A DNA stretch of 42,308 nt from Promethearchaeota archaeon (GTDB lineage: Archaea; Asgardarchaeota; Lokiarchaeia; Sigyniarchaeales; SOKP01). Location of the stretch: NCBI GenBank assembly GCA_019057865.1, contig JAHLWP010000036.1, positions 1 to 42,308 of the forward strand, read 5' to 3'. A model generated the notes under the pieces. The model made no database searches. It was given only the letters and a program-made list of their open reading frames with translations, and was not told the DNA's origin. A program made the translations under genes and the position numbers. Every line of letters starts with the position of its first letter. Position 1 is the first letter of the stretch. This document shows, piece after piece, positions 1 through 9,328 of the stretch.

Positions 1-350
1 TTGGGGCGGGTGGTTCTGACGCGTTCATTGCCAAATATGACAGTGCCGGAACGTCTTTACTGAATATCACATGGGGCGGCAGCAACAGTGATTCTGGAAA
101 CGGTATTGCGTTAGATGGAGCGGGAAATATCTACATTACCGGGTACACCAACAGCTTTGGGGCGGGTGGTTCTGACGCGTTCATTGCCAAATATGACAGT
201 GCCGGAACGTCTTTACTGAATATCACCTGGGGCGGCAGCAACGGTGATTCTGGAAACGGTATTGCGTTAGATGGGTCGGGAAATATCTACATTACCGGGT
301 ACACCAACATGTTTGGGGCGGGTTCTGAGGACGCGTTCATTGCCAAATAT
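1..350 (+). repeat. 156-bp (52-aa) coding tandem repeat, about 2.2 copies visible
   Basis: TTGGGGCGGGT restarts at 1, 157 and 313; units differ at only a few codons. Confidence 0.95.
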
Positions 351-485
351 AAGCTAACTATAGATGATAGTACGGATGCGGGTATTCCCGGACCAACTAT
401 ACTCTTAATCGGGATTATTTCCGCACTTTCTATTGGAATAATCTTAAAAAGGCTGCTTCAAACGAATAAACTACGTAGAATCTAA
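3..485 (+). CDS. 3' end of a cell-surface beta-propeller (SBBP-like) repeat protein with C-terminal membrane anchor; 5'-truncated by window edge
   Basis: Manual translation of frame 3: ...GAGGSDAFIAKYDSAGTSLLNITWGGSNSDSGNGIALDGAGNIYITGYTNSF... repeated, ending IPGPTILLIGIISALSIGIILKRLLQTNKLRRI-TAA (483-485); absent from the ORF track because it has no start in the window. Confidence 0.9.
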   Translation, partial: GAGGSDAFIAKYDSAGTSLLNITWGGSNSDSGNGIALDGAGNIYITGYTNSFGAGGSDAFIAKYDSAGTSLLNITWGGSNGDSGNGIALDGSGNIYITGYTNMFGAGSEDAFIAKYKLTIDDSTDAGIPGPTILLIGIISALSIGIILKRLLQTNKLRRI

Positions 486-506
486 GCAGAAACTCATTCA
501 AATCTA

Positions 507-518
507 ATTTTTTTTTTT
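507..518 (+). terminator. oligo-T archaeal terminator candidate
   Basis: Run of about 12 T, about 20 nt after the stop at 485. Confidence 0.5.
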
Positions 519-742
519 AATTCAATCAGAATTTAATTTTTGTATCAAGTTTTTATTAAAAATTAAATTTTCAATCCGAATTTTTTTTTAATTTATATGA
601 ATTTTTTTATTACTGTTTTTGTATTTTATAAGTAGCTTGATTATGAAAAAAAGGTTATAATATTTGCAATATTTCATTCAAATATTAAGAAATATTTAAA
701 AATAGATTTACTTTTCTGATTCTTTGTATTCTTGATATTCTT

Positions 743-940
743 TCATGAAAGTTCTGCAATTTTTTTCGCTGCTAATTTGAATTGTTCTTTATCACCAGAA
801 ACATTTCTTAAAGCAGTACCGCTGATGGTAAGAACATCTCCTATCCTTTCTATTTTAATATTTGTAAGGTATTTAACAATATCTTCTAAATCTGAATCAT
901 CATCTGCAACTTCTAGAAAAATTGCTGATTGGTTGTTCAG
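743..940 (-). pseudogene. diverged partial copy of cdhE (65-codon open frame; gene fragment or mini-protein)
   Basis: Aligns without gaps to about 1972-2162; translates (L)NNQSAIFLEVADDDSDLEDIVKYLTNIKIERIGDVLTISGTALRNVSGDKEQFKLAAKKIAELS-TGA. Confidence 0.8.
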
Positions 941-988
941 ATTGTTAAATTTCTTATATTTAAAAAAAAATAGAAAAAAGAGAAGAAT

Positions 989-2446
989 TTATTCCTTTTC
1001 CCAAGATTCGTATTCTTTCATGAATTCTTCTGGTTTCCATTGGGTTTCCAAATATTTTGGAATACCACTTGAATCTCTTGGACCCACCACTACAAAAGCA
1101 TCTGCCTCATCTTCTAAAGCTCCACTTAATCTTGCAGCCATACCTGGAAGAATTAGTATTCGATGTTTAACTTTCTCAAACGCTCCAAATTCCTTCACAG
1201 CTTCAGCTATACCACCAGCATTGAACTGTCCTCCAGCAACAGAACTTTCAATTCCAATTCCTTCTGTATCAGCTACCAAAAGCCAACAATCGATATTTGC
1301 TCCTTGAAGATCTTGCTCTACAGGAATTTTAGTCATTCTATAGTTGCTAGTTACAAAAATAGGTGCCATATCACCAGGTTCTCCAATTTTATATAACCCA
1401 GGGTCTACAGCTGGATAAATTCTTGGATCAGAAAAAACACTTTGTCGTAAGGTCATTAAGGCTAAAAGAACCCAGATATCTTCCTTTTTTTGACCAGTAT
1501 GAAGAACAATTAAAGACGTATCAATTGATTCCATTATAGCACCCATAATGGCTTCTTGATATTGGTGTAACCATAGATCTTTCTCATCTTCCACTTTTAC
1601 TTGACTCCAATAAGCAGCTGGTACTCCCATTACAGGCCAACTAGCATTTAGGTTCTCTTTATTAATTGCCGCTGTTCTTAATTGCATGATATTATCATAA
1701 GTAATTGAAAGTTTACCAGGGCCATAGAAAGTACCCGAATCTAAGATAATTTCTTTAACACCTAATTTTTGTAAAGTAGCACTTAAAGACATTAATTCAT
1801 CTAAATTACTTGAAACTATAGCTACAGGGAGAACATTTTGAACCGCAAATTTACCTACCTGTTCCCAAGTGTCTTTTGTTGCCGCATAGAGCAATGGTCT
1901 TTTATCCTTAATTTCTTCAGCAGTCTCTAATAGTATATCTGCATTAAAACAGCATAACATAATTGGTAGATTCGAAAGTTCTACAATTTTTTTTGCTGCT
2001 AATTTGAATTGTTCTTTATCACCAGAAACATTTCTTAAAGCAAGACCATCAAGCGTAAGTACATCCCCTATCCTTTCTATTTTAAGATCTGTAAGGTATT
2101 TAACAATATCTTCTAAGTCTGAATCATCATCCGCAACTTCTATAAATAATGCTGATTGGTTATAATAAGTAAGTTGATGTCTCATTAAAACTTCTTCACC
2201 CCCAATAGTAACTGCTCTATCACCAACACCAATAGTAACAGGTCTCTGCGGAGGCGTTATAAGTTTAACTAATTTGTCTCGCTTTTTAAATTGTTTTCTA
2301 TTTTGCATTAAATGAGTACAATCTTGAACTCTAATTTTTCTTTCGAGAATATCTGTAGCAAATGCCATACATGTATCATATCCACATTCTTTACAATTAG
2401 ACTTATCTAAAAGTGCATATATTTCTAACGGACTTGGTCGAGCCAT
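989..2446 (-). CDS. cdhE: acetyl-CoA decarbonylase/synthase gamma subunit (corrinoid Fe-S protein large subunit)
   Basis: N-terminal Fe-S motif NCKECGYDTCMAFA...DC, TIGGEEVLMRH, C-terminal PIFVTSNY, ILPGMAARLSG, VGPRDSSGIP. Confidence 0.93.
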   Translation of the reverse strand: MARPSPLEIYALLDKSNCKECGYDTCMAFATDILERKIRVQDCTHLMQNRKQFKKRDKLVKLITPPQRPVTIGVGDRAVTIGGEEVLMRHQLTYYNQSALFIEVADDDSDLEDIVKYLTDLKIERIGDVLTLDGLALRNVSGDKEQFKLAAKKIVELSNLPIMLCCFNADILLETAEEIKDKRPLLYAATKDTWEQVGKFAVQNVLPVAIVSSNLDELMSLSATLQKLGVKEIILDSGTFYGPGKLSITYDNIMQLRTAAINKENLNASWPVMGVPAAYWSQVKVEDEKDLWLHQYQEAIMGAIMESIDTSLIVLHTGQKKEDIWVLLALMTLRQSVFSDPRIYPAVDPGLYKIGEPGDMAPIFVTSNYRMTKIPVEQDLQGANIDCWLLVADTEGIGIESSVAGGQFNAGGIAEAVKEFGAFEKVKHRILILPGMAARLSGALEDEADAFVVVGPRDSSGIPKYLETQWKPEEFMKEYESWEKE

Positions 2447-2728
2447 ATCATTTTCTCCATATTCTTTATTTCTTCTTAATAAAATATTGAATAAGTATGT
2501 GTAGTCTAATTGTAAATTGAATTAAAAATTTGGTTTTTTTCTATAATACCCTAAACGTTCAAAGATTTAAGAATTATCAAGGCTGAATTAAGTTAAAATT
2601 TGTATTTAAAGTTTTTAGAATTAGAGTATTTTAAATATAATAGGAAATAAAATTTTTTATAAAGAAGAATTATACTTGATTATCTAATTTAGAATATTAT
2701 AATCTATTGAATTTAGGCTTTTATAAAA

Positions 2729-3238
2729 ATGGCGAAATGTTATTATTGTAATACTAAAATTAGAAATCTGCCATACAGATGTAAATTTTGTGGGATGATA
2801 TTTTGTAAAAATCATAGATTACCAGAAAATCATTGTTGTCCATTTGACTTAATTCAAAAATCAAAAATCGAAAAAAATTCTAAATCTAGTCTAATCTATC
2901 GAGATGCTTTGGAATTCATGAATAAGGGCTTAGATATCGCAAAAGTTTATGATCTTGTTACTACAAAGAAGTTAAATAAAAATGAAGCAACTGATCTATT
3001 AAAATTCTTTATTGAAAATAGTGATCTAATAGAAGTTAGAGAAAATAGTATCCTAGCATTTGAACTATTGGGTTTAAAAAATGATGAGGCTTTTCAAATT
3101 CTTCAGAATTGTCTGCTCTCAGATGAGAGCCCAACTATAAGAAATATAGCAGCAAAAGTATTAACAATTAATTTTCCAAAAAAAAGCAAAACTCTTTTAA
3201 AATGGGCTCGTGAACATAATAATGATTTAAAATTTTAA
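2729..3238 (+). CDS. AN1-type zinc finger protein with C-terminal HEAT-like repeats
   Basis: CxxC...PYRCKFCGMIFCKNHRLPENHCC; LLSDESPTIRNIAAKVL HEAT-like motif. Confidence 0.8.
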   Translation: MAKCYYCNTKIRNLPYRCKFCGMIFCKNHRLPENHCCPFDLIQKSKIEKNSKSSLIYRDALEFMNKGLDIAKVYDLVTTKKLNKNEATDLLKFFIENSDLIEVRENSILAFELLGLKNDEAFQILQNCLLSDESPTIRNIAAKVLTINFPKKSKTLLKWAREHNNDLKF

Positions 3239-3441
3239 TTTTTAAATCAAATGATTGAGAGATTATGTGAGAAGACTTGTTTTTAAAGAAAGATATCATA
3301 TTTTTGCGAATAGTTAACCTTTGACAAACATTCTCAACATTTTCTCTATTCAAGGGGAGAAACTTGTGATCAAAAAAACAATATATATTATAAAATCAGT
3401 TTTATAGACTAAACTACTTTTTAACTCTACCATTAAAATTG

Positions 3442-4890
3442 TTACTTATCTTCTATTTCAATATTACGAGATTTAAAGAAATCAACATAATCACATAATA
3501 AAGAAAGACTGTTTGCAGCATCCCGAAGTGAAAAAAAATAGAGAACTCGATATTCATGCAATATCTTTTTCACTTGTTTAAATCTTTGTGCTAATTCAAA
3601 GGAATCCGCTATACTAGGCAAACAGAATATAAAAGGTTTTAAGGTATTGTTTTGCACTTTTATCATTCTTTTAAAAAAATGGCTATAAAGATGATGGGGC
3701 CACAAGGGAATAATAACTATGTCAATATTGGAGTCATTAACAACTATGTTTATACATTCTAAAAATATATTAATTACGAAACCAGACGCTCCTAGATCTA
3801 CTGGATTTTTTATATTAACATTTTCCTTTGGTAATATTTTACTTAATTTTTCTTGAGATTCAAGGGTTAATTCTGGCACATTTAATAGATGATCTGCAAA
3901 TAAATCTGTCATATTTACAGAAGATCCTCCTCCTGGAGTTACTATTCCGACATTTCTTCCATTTGGGAAATATTTTGGAAATAAAAGTTCAAATGTTTTA
4001 ATCGTATTCCAAAATTGTTCATTATCCTTTACAATTAAAGCTCCAGTCTGCTTAGCCATCGAAGCCCATAAACGTTGATCAGTAGCAATTGCTCCAGTAT
4101 GAGAAAAAGCTGCTCGAGAGCCATCATCTGTATATCCTCCTTTCCATAATATTACTGGTTTAATATTTGTTGTTTTTTTAAGCTCTAAAAAAAACCCACG
4201 TCCATTACCGGAACCGAAACTTTCTAAATAGCTAGCTACTATTTTAGTTTTAGGATCTTGACGGAAATATTTTAAGAAATCGACACAATTGAGATCTATT
4301 TGGTTTCCAAAAGAAACTCCATAACGAAATCTAATATCCCTTTTAAATCCAATATCTAATAACTGACTTAAGTGACCTCCAGACTGAGACATGAAAGAAA
4401 CTGAACCAAGTATCCCCTTTTGAGAAGCAAATGTAAATGCCATTCCAATTTCTGCATTATAAGGACCTAAACAATTTGGACCAATAATTCTTGTTTTGGA
4501 GCCTTTAATTATTTCCTTAAGTTCTTGTTCCAATTTTTCTCCTTCAGGATCTCCTGTTTCGGAAAATCCAGAAGCAAAAACTATTAACCATTTTACACCT
4601 TTCTCAACACATTCTTTAACTACTTTTGGGATAATCTGTGTTTTAACTGAAATATAAGCCGTATCTATAGGTTGAGAAATATCTAAAACAGTAGGATAAC
4701 ATTTCCAATCCATTATTTTAGTATGTTTTGGATTAACGGGATAAAAACTATTATTCCATCTTGAATCCTTAAAAGCAGACAAATACATCATTGACCCAAA
4801 AGTAGAACTCTCTGATGCTCCAATAAAAGCTATATGTTTGGGGTAAAATAATGAATCAAATTCTTCAAAATATTTTTGATCTTCAACCAT
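3442..4890 (-). CDS. acdA: ADP-forming acyl/acetyl-CoA synthetase alpha subunit (CoA-binding)
   Basis: IAFIGAS, YPVNP, SGFSETG, RIIGPNCLG, SQSGG, AAFSHTGAIA (phospho-His), NPVDLG. Confidence 0.85.
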   Translation of the reverse strand: MVEDQKYFEEFDSLFYPKHIAFIGASESSTFGSMMYLSAFKDSRWNNSFYPVNPKHTKIMDWKCYPTVLDISQPIDTAYISVKTQIIPKVVKECVEKGVKWLIVFASGFSETGDPEGEKLEQELKEIIKGSKTRIIGPNCLGPYNAEIGMAFTFASQKGILGSVSFMSQSGGHLSQLLDIGFKRDIRFRYGVSFGNQIDLNCVDFLKYFRQDPKTKIVASYLESFGSGNGRGFFLELKKTTNIKPVILWKGGYTDDGSRAAFSHTGAIATDQRLWASMAKQTGALIVKDNEQFWNTIKTFELLFPKYFPNGRNVGIVTPGGGSSVNMTDLFADHLLNVPELTLESQEKLSKILPKENVNIKNPVDLGASGFVINIFLECINIVVNDSNIDIVIIPLWPHHLYSHFFKRMIKVQNNTLKPFIFCLPSIADSFELAQRFKQVKKILHEYRVLYFFSLRDAANSLSLLCDYVDFFKSRNIEIEDK

Positions 4891-4925
4891 TAATATTGAA
4901 AATAAATGAATTTTTTAATAATTTT

Positions 4926-7900
4926 CTAATCTTTTTCTTCAGGGATTAGATCATGGTAAATTGGTTCAAATTTCTCATTAAAAAGCTTATTATTCATCCA
5001 AATCTTATCTTTTGGATTCCATGTTAAATTTTTTAATGGATTATAATCTTTTATGAAATTTAAATTTCCATAAATCGATTTAAGTAAATTTTTTCCATCA
5101 ACTAAATCATTTAAAATGAGATAATGTTCTATTTTTAAATAGTGGAATAGTAATTCAAATAATTTAATAAATTCATTAAGATCACAATCTGGAAAATATA
5201 ATTTTATCATTAAACCATTTTCAAATTTTACCTCTTCTGACATTCCATATATAAAGTATTCCCCTTCAATTTCATAAATAAATCCTAAATTGAAAAAACT
5301 AAATATTTCTATTAATTGCTTATTTAATTCTTGCTTTACGTTTGGCAAAATAATATAGATTTTTTCTAATAAATCCAGATTTTTTAAATTTAAATATGGT
5401 AAAATTAATCCTTTTTCTAAAAGATCAATAATAGGATTAATCATAGATAACTTTTTTGTAAGTATATACGATTTAATATCGATTGAATGCCAATTATAAA
5501 TTTTTGTTAAATTTTCAAAATCGGATGAATCTGGACCATTATAATGGGAGATATTTAAATTACCCACATTAAATTCCTTTACTTTTGAAATTTGAACCTT
5601 ATAATTGGGATTATAGAGGATATTTTGCATGTATATTTTGAACCTATTCGAATCATAGATCCAATTGTTTGAACTAAGATTGTAGTTTAAATGAAAGAGT
5701 GGAAAAATTTTTTTTATAAAGAATAAACAATATTCTCGAATATCCTTTTTCGATTTGGTGAGCCAGTGTATATATGATAAGTTTGGATTTCGATATGGCC
5801 ATAGATATTTTATGAATATCGAAGTCGACTTATCCATGAATACTGGATATTGGACTTTTTGAAATGAATTGTCCAACAGAAGTCTAAAATCTATTTCATC
5901 TAAGTTATAGGGATAGATATATACATAATATTGACCAAATCCAAAATATTGAAGAGCAGGTAAAAATTTAATAGACTTTATATAATTTTTAAAAAAATAT
6001 TTTGACTTTTCACCGTTAAATATCTCCCGATCTAACAAACAATTTTGTAATTCATAATGAAATACTAATAGATTATTTAATTTAGAAATGTTAAAATCAA
6101 TATTTTCCTTTGAGAATCTGATATTTATTTGTTCAATTAAATTTAACATTTCTCTTTCTTTAGACCAAAATTTTCCTTGAATTTTATTATAGGATTCTTG
6201 ATGTAATTTTAACTCTTTTCCAAAAAGCTGTCTAGAGTAAAGAAAATATTGTTCAAATAAATCTTTTGTATAAAAGAATTTTTTACTATCAAAATCATAA
6301 AAATTTCTTAATGAATAGAACCCAATATCTCCACTGGAATGAAATCTTGAAAATTTAATTAAGTCTTTTTTAAAAATGCTATGAAGAATTGAAATAAAAA
6401 TATTCTTTTCTTTTTCTTTTAAATTGGGGAGATAAAGTTGTGTAATAATTAAGATTTCATTAGAAATTAGATCTTTAACAAACATGATAAGAGCTCTTGG
6501 GAAAAATAATTTTATCTTATCCAACTTATCCCTAGCTTCAATTGTATCTTTGAGAATAATGGTAGGAAAATATTTAGAAGAGGCACTTGTATAAATTGTG
6601 TTAATTAAAAGAGGCTTAATTACTGGAGCGTGGGTACTTTGGTTGAGATATTCTTTAAATTTATCATCAATCACTTGAATCGTAATATTATGTGGTTTTT
6701 CTGTATCATAGGACGTTTCAAATTTCTCCCTTTTTGTATCACTAATTCTTCTCCCTAATTCTGAGTTTTCAATTATCTGTCTCATCGCTTTCAGATTAAA
6801 AATTTTTAGATCACTGCATAATATAAAAAACTCATAAAGGAATTGATACTTTCGAACTTCTTGTCTAAATTTTTCTTTTGATTTGATATAAAGTGGTATA
6901 AATACATCAAAAATAATTCTATTTATGTTGCTACCAGTAAATATAATATTTTCTTCAATTGATTGAGAAATACCATTATTTTTCAAGAAATCTATGAGTA
7001 GATATTCACTTTTTATTTCCGAATTTTCAGCTAGAATCTTTTCTATTAAATTTAAGCATATTAAAAGATTGTTTAATATTTCTTTAACGAAAAAAAATCC
7101 AAATTTATTATAATTATCTAAGAATTCTATAATTTCTTCTTTAAATTTTGGAGAACTATGTATTTTTGATAATTTTTCTTCTATATTTTCAATTAAAGCT
7201 CTTTGACTCAAAATTTCATCTTCTAAATCGGATTTTAAATAACCTAATGTTTCTGCTCTTTTCTCAAATGTAAATCCTGTAACTGAAACAAGGTGCAATC
7301 TATCAAGAATAATCCAATCTAAAAGTGATAGTTTCGATTCATAAAAAGAGGATTTGTAAACCATCTCAAATGAAATTTCATATTTTTTTTCATATTTTTT
7401 ATGATTTAGATTAACAATTTTTCTTTTACTCTTATGAAATTCTCTAAAATAATTCAAATTTAAAAAATTTAAAAAAGTATGAACAATTTGGCATTCTTTT
7501 TCAATGATATATCCATAATCATGTAATTTCTCAATAAATGATGATAAATCAGTTAGATAGACTTTGGGAATTAAAAAGAAACCAGATATTTCTGTCATTA
7601 AAGTGTTTATTGTATTTTTAAGGCCTATAAGAAATGGCAGTTGTTTTATAAATTTGGAAATTTTTTTCTTTTCTAGAAGTGGGTTGAATTTAAAATTGAA
7701 AATAATATTTACCAGATTCATTGCTGACCAATTTATTTGATAGGATGGAGAAATATATGAAAATTTATTAATCCATTTCATATTTTCAGTGAATTTTCTT
7801 TTGCTCAATTCGGATTGGATTATTCCTTTTGTTTTCATTTCCTCAAAATAATTTAAATAATCATATAAGTACTTATAGCCTTCTTTATCGTAAAAGATTT

Positions 7901-8543
7901 GAATTAAAACTCTTAATGTCTCAATAATATCATCATCATTTATAGATTTAGAAGTTTTAAACGCATATTCTTTAAAAATCTTATAATAGATATCCTCCAT
8001 TCCCTCTTCAATTAATGAAATATTTCTTCGTATAAATTCAAAAATAAACTGTATAGCTCCTGGTAATTTAAGAAATTTGTCTAATTTGTTAAGTTGTGTT
8101 ATTAATAAATCATAATTAACAATATATTCATTAATTAGGGATTTCCATTCAGAAATTTTTTGTAATTTAGTTAAATCCTTTAAGACAATTTGATTTATAA
8201 TGATTTGAATATTTTCATTCTCTTTTATAACTTCAGGGACAAAACAATTATATATTTCTCTAAGTAAAATTACTGGTAAAAATTGTTTATAATTGTCAAA
8301 AATTTCAATTACTAAAATTTTATTTTCAAAATATCTTTTAACTCCTATATTGTAAAAAAGGGGATTTTGATTTTCGATTTTTTCAGTTCTTTTGTAAATA
8401 ATTTTGACATATTGTAAGATAGGGGTTAATTCTAAATAATTTTGTATTTCTATAATTAGATTCTGAAAAATATTATTTACATTACCAATATCTTTTTCAA
8501 ACAAAAATTCTTCTAAAATATTGAGATTTGGCAATTTTAACAT
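4926..8543 (-). CDS. 1205-aa hypothetical protein, possibly with repeated Lrp/AsnC-like modules
   Basis: Long ORF; segments LSLLDWIILDRL, SPSYQINWSAMNL, LPALQYFGFGQYYVYI and DLLEKGLILPY resemble Lrp-type HTH/linker patterns (by eye only). Confidence 0.75.
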   Translation of the reverse strand: MLKLPNLNILEEFLFEKDIGNVNNIFQNLIIEIQNYLELTPILQYVKIIYKRTEKIENQNPLFYNIGVKRYFENKILVIEIFDNYKQFLPVILLREIYNCFVPEVIKENENIQIIINQIVLKDLTKLQKISEWKSLINEYIVNYDLLITQLNKLDKFLKLPGAIQFIFEFIRRNISLIEEGMEDIYYKIFKEYAFKTSKSINDDDIIETLRVLIQIFYDKEGYKYLYDYLNYFEEMKTKGIIQSELSKRKFTENMKWINKFSYISPSYQINWSAMNLVNIIFNFKFNPLLEKKKISKFIKQLPFLIGLKNTINTLMTEISGFFLIPKVYLTDLSSFIEKLHDYGYIIEKECQIVHTFLNFLNLNYFREFHKSKRKIVNLNHKKYEKKYEISFEMVYKSSFYESKLSLLDWIILDRLHLVSVTGFTFEKRAETLGYLKSDLEDEILSQRALIENIEEKLSKIHSSPKFKEEIIEFLDNYNKFGFFFVKEILNNLLICLNLIEKILAENSEIKSEYLLIDFLKNNGISQSIEENIIFTGSNINRIIFDVFIPLYIKSKEKFRQEVRKYQFLYEFFILCSDLKIFNLKAMRQIIENSELGRRISDTKREKFETSYDTEKPHNITIQVIDDKFKEYLNQSTHAPVIKPLLINTIYTSASSKYFPTIILKDTIEARDKLDKIKLFFPRALIMFVKDLISNEILIITQLYLPNLKEKEKNIFISILHSIFKKDLIKFSRFHSSGDIGFYSLRNFYDFDSKKFFYTKDLFEQYFLYSRQLFGKELKLHQESYNKIQGKFWSKEREMLNLIEQINIRFSKENIDFNISKLNNLLVFHYELQNCLLDREIFNGEKSKYFFKNYIKSIKFLPALQYFGFGQYYVYIYPYNLDEIDFRLLLDNSFQKVQYPVFMDKSTSIFIKYLWPYRNPNLSYIHWLTKSKKDIREYCLFFIKKIFPLFHLNYNLSSNNWIYDSNRFKIYMQNILYNPNYKVQISKVKEFNVGNLNISHYNGPDSSDFENLTKIYNWHSIDIKSYILTKKLSMINPIIDLLEKGLILPYLNLKNLDLLEKIYIILPNVKQELNKQLIEIFSFFNLGFIYEIEGEYFIYGMSEEVKFENGLMIKLYFPDCDLNEFIKLFELLFHYLKIEHYLILNDLVDGKNLLKSIYGNLNFIKDYNPLKNLTWNPKDKIWMNNKLFNEKFEPIYHDLIPEEKD

Positions 8544-8744
8544 AAAAAATTCTATATTTTGAACCTAATCAGATACAATTAAGCATATTTAATATTTTAT
8601 TAATTTTTTTACTAATTTTTTCGAGTACTTTAAAAGTAAATCTAAAAACATATTATTGTAGAAATTATTTTCTATTCATTGATTAACGGGGAGGAGGTTT
8701 ATTTAAATGATTTTTGGTGGAGAAACAATTCCTAAATGACTGTG

Positions 8745-8790
8745 AAATTCGAATTTTATAGTCCTTTAAAAAGTACTGAAATTCGAATTT
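8745..8790. promoter_or_regulatory. two copies of the perfect palindrome AAATTCGAATTT (candidate operator)
   Basis: Copies at 8745-8756 and 8779-8790, between divergent genes. Confidence 0.35.
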
Positions 8791-8923
8791 GACATTTTAT
8801 ATTTTCAATTAAGGGAAAATCCCTTAATTTTTACACTTTTATTGCTGGAATTTTAATCATGATTTCAATTATTCCAATATGGATTAAAGAAAATATAGAT
8901 GAATAACATTTTTAAATTCGTTT

Positions 8924-9328
8924 TTGCAGTTCATTCAACTACTGCATGATTTCCGGAGCAAAAAGGTTAATCCTTCTAATTTAGAGCTAGAAGAGCTTTT
9001 TAATCCTCAGAAGTTATATAATTACTTGCGAAACCACCATTGGAAAGACGGTATTGATAAGGAGTTCTTAGAAGAATGGGTACAGATGAATATATCCAAG
9101 TATACCTTAGCTGAGAACGATTTAAATGATTTTCAAGTCATATTTCAGAAATTAGATTTACCAAGTGAGATTATTATAAATCTATTTGGAGTTGAAAAAG
9201 ATAATAACGTAAAGGAAAATAAACCTAAAATCCAAAATCCTTCTGAAATTCCTTCAGTAAAAGATTTTAAGAAATTTAAAAAATGGTTGTTAGAAAGAAT
9301 TAAAGATATTGAAAAATTATTAAATTGA
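8924..9328 (+). CDS. hypothetical protein (start uncertain; frame open back to ATA at 8903)
   Basis: 134-aa ORF with protein-like composition; no recognised motif. Confidence 0.65.
   Translation: MQFIQLLHDFRSKKVNPSNLELEELFNPQKLYNYLRNHHWKDGIDKEFLEEWVQMNISKYTLAENDLNDFQVIFQKLDLPSEIIINLFGVEKDNNVKENKPKIQNPSEIPSVKDFKKFKKWLLERIKDIEKLLN

Noticed and set aside
1-350. CRISPR array
   Set aside because: The repeats are contiguous 156-bp in-frame coding units with no unique spacers, and there are no cas genes.
743-940. DGR template/variable-repeat pair with cdhE
   Set aside because: Mismatches are not confined to adenines, many are synonymous third-position changes, and there is no reverse transcriptase in the window.
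732-1307. 191-aa plus-strand ORF and other short antisense or nested ORFs (1163, 3168, 11762, 12934, 13351, 16081, 18370, 19409, 24457, 27941, 29763, 32190, 33543, 35542, 36539, 39460)
   Set aside because: They are shadows of well-supported genes on the opposite strand or frame and show no recognisable motifs.
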